Of a stretch of DNA of 64,000 nucleotides, positions 24,967-35,299 are shown piece by piece; position 1 is the stretch's first letter, and each line of letters begins with the position of its first letter. A program made the translations under genes and the position numbers. The notes beneath the pieces are model-generated. The model searched no databases, was not told the origin of the DNA, and worked only from the letters and a program-made list of their open reading frames with translations. The stretch comes from Mytilus edulis (taxonomy: Eukaryota), in the NCBI RefSeq assembly GCF_963676685.1, contig NC_092344.1, positions 71,734,001-71,798,000 of the forward strand, in the 5' to 3' direction.

Positions 24967-25345
24967 TATTATCCTGATTTAGAGTAATTTCTCGCAATTT
25001 GATTGGCTGATATTGTTCTAATAAATTTCAGTACAATTTTTTATCACGTCAATTGGAATTATCTCCCTTATTTATTACGTCAATTGAAATTATCTCCCTT
25101 ATACCATTGACCTAATAAAAAAAAATTGATTTGTCTTAATCATAATATTTTTAATTTTTCACAGTTTTAGATTAAATATCTAAAATATATTTGTTGATAT
25201 TGTCCTAAAATTTAAATTGAATATAATAATGTGTAATATAACAAAATCAGGATAAATTCGTTACACAGTGTTCAATTGTCCTAATACGGAATTTATTGAC
25301 CCGATAAATTCTCGTATTAGGACAATTGCACACTGTGTAACTAAT
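24967..25345. mobile_element. Non-autonomous element with short internal inverted repeats and an ~82-nt terminal hairpin
   Basis: atcctgattt (24971) and aaatcaggat (25244); hairpin gttacacagtg...cactgtgtaac at 25260-25341. Confidence 0.55.
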
Positions 25346-26530
25346 ATTGCCTTTGTTTATAGCTTTTTGCTACAATTTTGGTTGATGTTTCGGTTCAATG
25401 CTTTAACCAGCTCATTTATATCAGCAGTCATGTGGTGTTATGATTAAATGATAAAATATTATTGATGCTGTCATTTTCTATGTTTTTTCTTTTAAAAATG
25501 TTATAACGATTCTCACTACAAAGTTTTTTCTAGCCATTATTAGATGGGCTATGCCAGATTCGGCAAAACGCATAATAATTGTTTTTCTCCGAGCGCCACT
25601 AAAAAGTGTGTTGTAACTGATCATAAAAAAGAGTCAAGCACTCAAATGAAATAACTGATATCTTTGATGTTAATTTAGTAGGTTCTTTTTTCCATGTTCT
25701 TACAAATTGAGTCGGATTTGAAACTTTTCGGACGCACGAATGAATATAAGTGTTATTTTCATCTAAGAACCGCGAGCCGCTGAAGAAGTGTAATGTAGAT
25801 GAAAGGCAAGTCTGGTGTACTGAATTATAAACCTAGTATCTTCGGTATTATTTATACAGTTTAGAAACACTTGTTAGAAATCTTAACTGTAATCAATACG
25901 AAAATGCCCAGCTCAGAATACTCATACCTAGTGCCACTATACATGTGTCATTAACGGTCATAAATATCCTGAACGTTTGCTTTGCTTGCAGCAGTCTGAA
26001 TTCTAAAGGAAAACACAACCATTAATCAAAAGAAAGAAGTGAAAAATCAATTAGAAAGACATGCGCACTAGAAAACGACAAACACTGACAAACTTTGCTG
26101 AACCTCTGGAAAGTCAAAGATGAAACATCCCTAATATTACAAAACAAAAACAGTCTACAATTAATTCATGTTCATGGCTGTTAGTCCTTTTCTAAGAGGC
26201 GACGGGATCATTGCACACAGAAATCCTCGTTGATCACCTTTATCAACTACTAGCTTTTTCTTTAATGAGCTTGAATTATCAACTATTAGCGTGTAAATAT
26301 TTTGTATACAGATTATTACATTATGATGGTATCTGTAAACTTGACGAAAACAGAAAATTGACATTAATGACAACTAACAATGGAACGAAGGAACAGAAAT
26401 TATACAAAAATGTGGACATATGTAAAATCTTGATATATTTTGAATACACCGACTCGTACACCAGACTGTAAGTGAAAAAAATACCCGTCATACAATAAAT
26501 ACAAGCAAAGAATCAAGTTATTAACCAAAG

Positions 26531-26536
26531 TTTATT
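26531..26536 (-). terminator. Candidate polyadenylation signal (AATAAA) of SELENOP
   Basis: AATAAA on the minus strand about 45 nt downstream of SECIS2. Confidence 0.5.
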
Positions 26537-26581
26537 ATATAAATGTAAAAAAAAAAAACAATTTTGTAAACATGATCTAAA

Positions 26582-26663
26582 GATCGGTTGTATGTCGATT
26601 GTTCTAATCCATTACCCTATTGTGTAGTTTCGTAATGAACCGTCATCCTGACAATATCCAATC
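26582..26663 (-). promoter_or_regulatory. SELENOP SECIS 2 (type II)
   Basis: Minus strand reads gattggatattgtcagg ATGAC ggttcattac g AAA cta cacaa tag g gtaatggatt AGAA caatcgacatacaaccgatc; 10-bp helix II pairs fully with WC/GU pairs. Confidence 0.85.
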
Positions 26664-26764
26664 TCAAGATCACAGGATACAATAATATAAACAGGTCAAA
26701 TACACAACAACAATATTTGCTAATTTTATAAAAATAATTTTAGCATACTGACAACGAGTTCAAG

Positions 26765-26845
26765 GTTTAATCTGTTCAGCAATCAGTCAACAAAATATCG
26801 TTTAAACGTTTTATTTTGAAGCGTCATCGTTAACAATTAAACGGT
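26765..26845 (-). promoter_or_regulatory. SELENOP SECIS 1
   Basis: Minus strand reads tttaattgttaacg ATGAC gcttcaaaata AAA cgtt taa acg atattttgttgac TGAT tgctgaacagattaaa; AUGA/GA core and apical A-run present, lower helix II imperfect. Confidence 0.7.
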
Positions 26846-26940
26846 GAACTCGAAGTGTGCTAATGGTACATATTACACAAACTAATTTAAAAATTATGCA
26901 CAATTTTAAAAGGAATTGGAAATTCCGCCGGCGACCCAAT

Positions 26941-29900
26941 TTACGAAAGCCTGTGACTGTTCTGTCATCGTCAAGCATGTGAAGCATGGTGTCAGAGTCA
27001 AATACCATGTACGTCATTTTCATTACGTCAACGTCAAGCGCCTACTTGTCACTGACATCTTGTCTGTCAAGGTCAAAGTTGTCCGTCCTGGCGACTCTCC
27101 TCTCATGTCTGCCCTGATGAAGTCAATCCTTGTCATTGTCAGTCATTACCAACAGTGTGACATTGTCAAGTTCTGGTTGACCTACGACCAGAACTAGGTC
27201 AAGTACAAACGTCTGCCTCGTAGTGTTGTCCTGAGCAGTGTCAGTTCAAAGATGGTCCCTCGCTATGTCACTGGCATCTCCTCTGGCATCTTCATGTCGG
27301 AGAACTGCTTCTTGGACTTGTTCATTGACATTGTTCTTCTTGACTCACGGTTGTTTGTCATTGTCAGCGTTCGTCTGATTGGCTACTTTGTCATCGTATT
27401 TCAGCAGAGACGGTTTCCCCAATTGGTCAGTTTCATGCAAGTTCTCCACTGTCTGAAGTTATGCATTGTCACATGCAGTTTCCCGATAAATGGTCTCACT
27501 GTCATGTCTTCGTTCCAGATTCGTTGTTTTGTCAGCGTCAAGGACTTGAAGTACTCTTTGTAGAACATTGTCAAGGTCCGGAACTTTGTGGTCAATTGCA
27601 TACCTGCTGGTTTGGACACTGTCAACTAACGTTATCGCCCTCCGTCTGTCACGAGCATGTGTCGTCTGTTCGAGGTCATGAACATACCTGAACACCAGTC
27701 TCTTCAGTTAATCACTGTCAAGATGGGTTGGCTGATATATCCAAAGGTCACTTACAAGTAGCAGATGAGTTAGTTGAATGAAAATCACAAGGTCAATCAG
27801 TCAAAAATTCTCAATTTGGTCTAGCAATTTCACTATGTAAAGAGTGACGTCTTAAAAATGAATCTCAATTAAATCATACACATTCTTGAACAACAATCAA
27901 ATTGAGCTCTTCACAAGAGCACAGGCCGAGTCTTTCGGGAAAAAATGCTTGTCTACAAGCACAGTTATTTTCTAGATCTGATGAAACGGACGGACAAACT
28001 CATGCGCGTCTGTTTCTTTGATTTCTATAATGTTTTTTCATAAAATTTCATAATTTTCTAATTACTTTATGCGTGGGTATTGGACGGTTTCATCTATTTC
28101 TAGTTCAATTTGGTGTACGATTCATGTCTCGTACTGCTGATCTTCCCATTCCTACAACAATGGCGCTACCTCCAGATCTATGACTATGCGGACGTTCGTG
28201 GTTGTGCCTTCTACGACGTCGGCGTGATCTACGTATACTTCGTTGACATCCGCATGCATCTGTATCGTATGCAGTACGTATTGCCCAATCAGTAAGATGA
28301 TAACGCAACAAGCTTGATGGAAACGGTATAAAGTAAACTAATTTGCCGCATCTGTGAACAAAAAAAAGCATTATGTTTGACCAACGCGTATTGCATCCCC
28401 TCCATATCATTATGCAAAGATTTAATAAGATATATACATTACCAATGTAACGTTCTCACTCATTTTCGCACAAGTTATATACATGATCGTTTTCATGTTA
28501 GCACACATTTCACTGTCACAAAATAAGCATAAAAAAGAGCTCCGACAATGATCAATAAATGCCATGCAGTAGATTATATTGAATGTCATTAATACTGATT
28601 TAAACTTGAGAATAGAAATTGTTTTTTTTAATTCTCTCGTTTAACGTTTATGCTATCAAGCCTTAGTTCAATAGCTTAACTATAGGAATCTTAAATGTGT
28701 CCTCTGTTTTGATGGTCTTTCAGTAGCTCACAATGTATCTGTATTATAACTGCAATGATTTATGTGTTGTTTTTAATTATTTTGCGCAATAAATGTACAG
28801 GAACTTGATGTTCAGTGGTTGTCGTTTGTTGATGTGGTCCTTAAGTGTTTCTCGTTTCTCGTTTTTTATATGATTTGACAGGGACTTTCTATACGATGTT
28901 TGTATGGATTTGACCATTGGTTTTCCCGTTTGAATGATTTTACACTAGTAATTTTTGGGGCCCTTTATTTCTTGCTGCTCGGTGTGAGCCATGACTCCAT
29001 GTTGAAGACCGTACTTTGACCTATAATGGTTTACTTTTACAAATTGTGACTGGGATGGAGAGTTGTCCCATTGGCTCTCATATTACATCTTCATATATCT
29101 TCATATATCTATATGATAATGTTGCAATACTTTTTCAATTCCTACAAATTGTGACTGGGATGGAGAGTTGTCCCATTGGCTCTCATATTACATCTTCATA
29201 TATCTATATGATAATATTGCAATATTTTTTTCAATTCTTACAAATTGTGACTGGGATGGAGAGTTGTCCCATTGGCACTCATACTACTACATCTTCATAT
29301 ATATCAATATGATAATATTGCAATCTTTTTTTTCAATTCTTACCTATCATATATCAATACGTCATCTTTCCCGCCATTTAGTTTATTCCATATGTTTGTA
29401 GCGTGTGTGTCTTGGTACACAGGAAAGTTGGTTCTGCTTGAAAGTTGTCCAATTTGTTCTGGGGCTTCTTTGGAATTTACAATCATAAAACTGATTTCTG
29501 TACGGCCATGGGCGATGTATTCTTGACGAATAGTCTCAAGCCTACATTGTAAAAACATAAATTTATTTGAAGTAATCTTAATGAAGAAAGACGAATGCAA
29601 CGAGGGGATTACACAATTAAAATGCTGCTAATTTCCTAACTACTTTTTTTTTAAATCCCAAATCCCATTTTTTTTCTCGAATCTTTTCCCCAGATAAGAT
29701 TCATTTTAACGCCTATTTCTCAGAATCCCACTTGTTTACATGCTATAACCTACATCTCAAACTTGTATTTAATCTCACGAGTTTTTGATACAATAATGTG
29801 ATATAAGAAGTTAATACATTTTTCATTAAATAATAAATCTTAAATCTAAAATTATCCAGACATAAACGTTTTTTACTTTCAGACTATTCATATAGTTAAT

Positions 29901-30412
29901 CATTTGCAATCATTTTTTAAAGATGAAAATAATATAAGCCTGGTTGAATGTGAAGAAAAGGAATAAGAAATATTCAAATATTACAAATTTGTAGTATGTT
30001 ATTATAAACACAATCAAATTAAATAAAGGAATTGATATTTGCTAATCCTTTCCCATACACGAGGATGTGGATGGGGGTTTACAGAATACAAAATATTGGA
30101 CAAAAAATATAAGGTGTAAAAAATAAACATAATAGACGAAAATGATTTATACGTATAACACCATTCAATATTGCAATACGCAAATATTTATTTAATAATA
30201 ATAAAAGATGACACATACCCTACCGCTTGTTGCTGACACATGGGTCATGTAGCCAGCAGTAGTGCCACTACTGTTACTTTGCCACGAGTGTCCAGCATCG
30301 GCTGATCTCCACTGGGGGTTCGCCAGGTTGGTGGATCCTGACAGAACCTTCCAGATACGCTGACAAGTAAAGCAGCAGCGAGCAACCCGGTCAACATACC
30401 GGGGCTCCTCAT
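26941..30412 (-). CDS. SELENOP: Selenoprotein P, 600 aa with 45 in-frame UGA (Sec); coding exons 30412-30219, 29541-29344, 28351-26941
   Basis: Signal peptide; RGKVTVVALLLAT-U-PMC (UxxC, TGA at 30245-30247); FPVYQDT...IWNKLNGGKDDVLIYDR|CGKLVYFIPFPSSLL (SelP N-terminal domain); Arg/His-rich linker; last exon has 44 TGA and no TAA/TAG until 26941-26943; two SECIS downstream. Confidence 0.95.
29040..29343. repeat. ~100-bp tandem repeat x3 at the 5' end of the SELENOP intron after coding exon 2
   Basis: caaattgtgactgggatggagagttgtcccattggc at 29040, 29145 and 29241; derived from the 3' end of a SINE-like repeat at about 28800-29100. Confidence 0.85.
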
Positions 30413-32958
30413 TGTTCCTCTTCTGAAAGAAAAAAAATGAGTTAACTAAATATCTGTCATTAAGCTAAATGAAAGGTATTCCTATTGGCCGGGTTTACAA
30501 CAAAATCATTATAATAATTATAATATGAAGCTTCGTAAAAAAAATTGAAGGTAATATGAAAAAAGTTATCAAAGGTACCTGGATTATAATTTAATACGCC
30601 AGACGCGCATAAGACTCGCAAGTGACGCTCCGATCAAAATAGTCATAAAGCCAAACAAGTACAAAGTTGAAGACATTGATAATCATGAAAGTTTAACATC
30701 GCAAGAATATTTGTATATTTCTCCGTAAACCCCGAATAAAAATACGTACAAAGGACGGGGAATTAGTTTAAATCAATATACATTTACATCTATGTGTTGC
30801 AATAAACGTTCTGAACGAGTGAAATTTAGAACTTTGAAAATGCCTGTACCAAGTCAGGAACATGACTGCTGTTGTCCATTCGTTTGATGTGCTTTATCAT
30901 TTAATTTTGCCATTTGGTTAGGGACTTTCTGTTTTGAATTTTCCTCGGAGTTCAGTATTTTTGTGATTTTACTTTTTAGACGCAATTTTACAATGGTCAC
31001 TATTTTCAGCATACGGCCCCTTACTAAAAGCAATTTTATTTTTTATTGACACAATATTTGTCTTCATTTTTTCTATGATGGAGCTTCTGAGATTAATTGT
31101 GTAACTAACTGTGTAAACTTCATGTGTTGTGGTTACATGCAAACCACTTATACTTTAACAAATATTTCCGGATAGGTCGTTATAGTAAATAAAGTAATTG
31201 GGATTATTGCCAAAACCAAAAGTCTAATATAACGCTAAGTTTAAGATTCATTTCATCAGAGATACTAGGATTATAATAATTATGTACGCTTTATGCACGA
31301 TTTGTCTACAAAAGACTCATCAGTAACGCTTGAGTAAAAAAGTTAAAGTCCAAAGTTGGAAATCCTTAATTTTTCGAACAAAAAAGTTTTGAATTAGAGA
31401 GCACAGCAATAGGAACGGTGTTATCTGAAGTGAAAATTAACCATATGATTATATGATGTCCTTAATCTTCTTTAAGTTTGTAATTTCGGATACTATATAT
31501 ATATATATGTAACCTCCAATTGATTGATGTGGGAGACGGATTTATAGAAGTTTTTCTTGTTTCAGAATCCCAGTACTTATATTGTATAATTATATTTCGT
31601 GCACTTTTTGAAAGAATATAATATTGTTTAAACTAATTGATTGTGTTGTGTTTTACTGTTGCTCTCATTGACATTAAACTATTTTCCCCTAAAAAATAAA
31701 CTGGAAATACAATCAGCTTCACATGGACCACGAAATTCGGACTCCTGCAGAATCAGTTGTGCTAGCATTTAAATTTACGTTTTCGTTAAATCAGCCCAAA
31801 GCGAGACAGACCGTGCGACACCCTAATGTGTTGTCATGGTCGTTAAACACCCCTATCAGTAATACAGTACCTCTCAACTATGTAAAAGCACACCAAATTG
31901 GCCAAATAAAATTATGTCTTTTAATTGTCAGTGTGCAATTTTCTAAAAATCACATTATTTATTCATCTGTCCATTGTCAATAACGTTATCTATATATATG
32001 GTTTAAACTCCAGTTGATAAATATATGAAAAACAAGTTCAACGGCCCTATGCTCCTGTACTTGAAATAGATAATAGGGCAATAAGATGTAAGAATTTAGA
32101 TTTTGAATATGCTTTTAAAAATTCTACTTGTTCCTGTTTTGCCCATCTTGCCAGAAGCTCAGGAGATATAAAACGCTGACAGGAATACAGTGGCGGATCC
32201 AAAACAAAACAAAAAAAAAGGGGGGGGGGGGTTGGTTCCGGGGGTACGAACCCATATTTCCTGTGACGATACCGACTGTAAAATTACAAAACCATTGAAG
32301 GAAGTTCACAGTGCGACGGCTTTATAGTTGGAACATTTGTCATCTGTGTTATCATACAGCTTATATTTTTACTTCTCAACCGATATTAACTGATATTCCA
32401 AAGGATAAAGATACGATAGACATAGTCAACCTAAAACAATTTTTATGATGAAATAAGTCATAATGGTTAACAGTAATTAAAGCAAATTTTTGGACAAAAC
32501 TGGTGAACGTACCACCAACACCTGAAATAAACAAACAAACAACTACTAACAATAACACACGGCCCAGATAGTCTGACACAAAGCGACTATTTAGACAACA
32601 ATCAACAGGAAAGGGCATCGATCAATCTGTATACTTGATTCAAATTCAGTAAACATCAGTAAAAGCCTAAATTTACTGATCTTCCTATGTTTGAAAGGGC
32701 TATAGGACGCGCAATCGGACGCCATTATACTTCTTCTCTCACGACAAGATTAAAGTATACTTTCATGACATAAAATGTTTTTTTTTAGATTTCTTCATTT
32801 GAGTAATTGTGTGTTTTATGTCAAGGAGTATGACAGTTGTTGTCCATTCGTTTGATGTGTTTTATCATTTGATTTTGCCATTTGAAAAGGGACTTTCCGT
32901 TTTGAATTTTCCTCGGAGTTCAGTATTTTTGTGATTTTACTTTTTACAATTACTTACT

Positions 32959-33180
32959 CGTGTATATAATTTATAAATGTAAGAAAGGACTGGATTTTCT
33001 AACAAAATTAGATGGTCGGAAGTCTCTCATCACACCACCTACAAAGCTAAATGCAACATGGATTGAAAACTACATTCCTACCTTATATGTTTAAGTGTTC
33101 CTGTGCGAAAAGTTGATGTCGATTACAGTTTATTCGTAATAAAATGTAGACAACAATTTTCCTAGGCTTTTATATATACT
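32959..33180 (-). promoter_or_regulatory. Possible TATA box and non-coding first exon of SELENOP
   Basis: The ATG exon starts at a splice acceptor (tttcag, exon start 30422), so an upstream exon is required. Minus-strand gtatatataaaa near 33168-33179 and donor-like gtaagt near 32952-32957 fit, but are not proven. Confidence 0.3.
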
Positions 33181-34065
33181 TTGTGGTGGACGTGATATGA
33201 ATATTCAAAGGGGCAAAGATTATGTGACAAGTATCTAATTATAAACTAACTTTAATAAAACCTTATGTAAGATTAACATATAATATGCAGGTACATAACC
33301 TGTGTTGCAGTGGATAAGATAAATGACAAAACTGGTTGTTGCAACAGGATATCTTGTTTTATCTAGTCACTTATGTAAACAACCAATTTTGGCAATTATA
33401 TTTTACATTTCTTCAGAATGCAAACTAGATAAAACGAGTTACTAAGACCCCCCTTTTGTCATAAAGCGAGAAGTTTGGCAACCCATTAAACCAGGTTAAA
33501 CCCATTATTTTTCTTAAAATGTCATCTACCATGCAAGTAATATGGCAGTTGTTATTAAATACACCAATGTAGTTCGTTTCTATGTATGCTGGCGTTTGTT
33601 TCTGTTGCACTTCAGTGTTCCTGTTGTTCCCCCTATTTTTCCTCTTATAGTTGATAGTTTAAGTTTGTTGCACGTTTCTCTCTCTCTCTCTCAATCGATT
33701 AAGACTTTGGAACACCGGAGTACTACTGTTGCCTTTACTTATTCATATACATTTGTATCGTTAAACAATGAATACAAGTTATAGACCTGAAATTGGACCC
33801 AAAACCAAATTCCATGCAGATAAACTGAACTTTCATTTGAATTTGACAAACGCATTTCAATTATTAAGATGTTGCAAGTTCGTTGTATATTTTGATTATC
33901 ATGTATATGTTTTTGAACATGTTCTTTTCCTTGGTTGAAATTGATATTAGACCCCAGAAATATTCAAAGGCTACAGCAGTGCAACATATACGTACAATGA
34001 CGTGAAATTTTTCAATTTACTTGACATAAATTTGCAGAGTTGCAAAACACATGTAAATAAGATAT

Positions 34066-34716
34066 AACAAGTGAAACTGCGAGCTACTGCTCACTGATGA
34101 TACCCCCGCCGCAAGTGGATAATATTAATAGTGTAAAAATATGCAAGTGTTCGGTAAACATGAAGTTGTTGAGTGATGAATCTGAAAACGCATCACACGG
34201 TATAGCTGACTTATATTGACCCTTAAACCAAATTTCAGAAATCCCTGTATTGTAGTTCCTGAGAAAAATGTGACGAAAATTTTCAACTTGGCTATCATGT
34301 GTAAAATCATACAAGTGTTTGGTTAACAGGAAGTTGTTGAGTGATGAATCTGAAAACGCATCACACGTTATAGTTGACTTATATCAAGCCTGAAACCGAA
34401 TTTCAGAAATCCTGGTAGTGCAGTTCCTGAGAAAAATGTGACGAAAAATTTTCAACTTGGCTATCAGGTGTAAAAATGATACAAGTGTTCGGTAAACAGG
34501 AAGTTGTCGAGTGATGAATCTGAAAACGCATTAAACAGTATAGCTGACTTATATCAAGCCTGAAACCAAATTTTAGAAATCCTGGTAGTGTAGTTCCTGA
34601 GAAAAATGTGACGAAAAATATTCATGGGACGGACGGACTGATGGACTCACGAACTGACGGAAGGACAGACAGAGGTAAAACAGTCAGATACCCCCTTTTT
34701 CAAAGCGGGGGTATAA
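34066..34716 (-). mobile_element. Helentron/DINE-like element with ~169-bp tandem core (x3)
   Basis: Hairpin atacccc...gggggtat at 34688-34714, (GGAC)-type microsatellite, gagtgatgaatctgaaaacgcat at 34171, 34339 and 34509. Confidence 0.75.
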
Positions 34717-35077
34717 TTAACATTAAACAACGCACAAACGATCGTGACATTACTTCGATGAATTCATACTAAGAGACAAATGACAAATTGACTTAGGCCG
34801 TACGGTGACCTATAGTTGTTAATGTCTGTGTCATTTTGGTCTTTTGTGGATAGTTGTCTCATTGGCAATCATACCACATCTTCTTTTTTATATTAAATCT
34901 TGACAAAAAATAGTTACGGACCCAAGTCGCGATTTTACTGCTGCATTTACTTTAAACAGCATGGAATGAAGCTGTATACTTCGCCTACTTAATCTACCAA
35001 TAGTGCCCATCGTTAAATGATCGTAAGGTCACATCATAAACTCATCATAGATATACCAGGATTGAAATTTTGTATTT

Positions 35078-35122
35078 GCTCCAAACGCGCGTTTCATCTA
35101 CAAAAGACTCATCAGTGACACT
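35078..35122 (-). ncRNA. Minimal type I hammerhead ribozyme motif (slightly degenerate) within a dispersed repeat
   Basis: Minus strand reads agtgtca CTGATGA gtct tttgt agat GAAA cgcgcg tt tggagc: both catalytic boxes, stem II and palindromic stem III. Confidence 0.65.
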
Positions 35123-35299
35123 CGAGTCAAACTTAGTTAAAAAGGTCAAATAAAGTACGAAGTTGAAGAGCATTGAGGATAAAAAAAAATCCTAGTTGAA
35201 AGTTTTGCCGTATACAGCTATTTTATTCATGAGGTAGAAAAGCCTAAGTATTTAAAAAAATCAAAGTTTTGTAAATAGTTAATTTATAATTATGACCAT

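Noticed and set aside
26916-27695. Track ORFs over the SELENOP tail on both strands (26916-27197, 27252-27563, 27401-27625, 27459-27695)
   Set aside because: Shadow frames of the Sec-rich coding exon with no recognisable motifs.
28025-28065. Apparent short GT-AG intron in SELENOP (gtaatt...ttatag), and a possible acceptor near 27688
   Set aside because: The frame continues through with only TGA codons; removing the 41 nt would shift the frame.
26941-30412. SELENOP as a pseudogene or a variant genetic code
   Set aside because: All 45 interruptions are TGA, there are no frameshifts, SECIS elements are present, and the neighbouring FBXO gene uses TGA as a normal stop.
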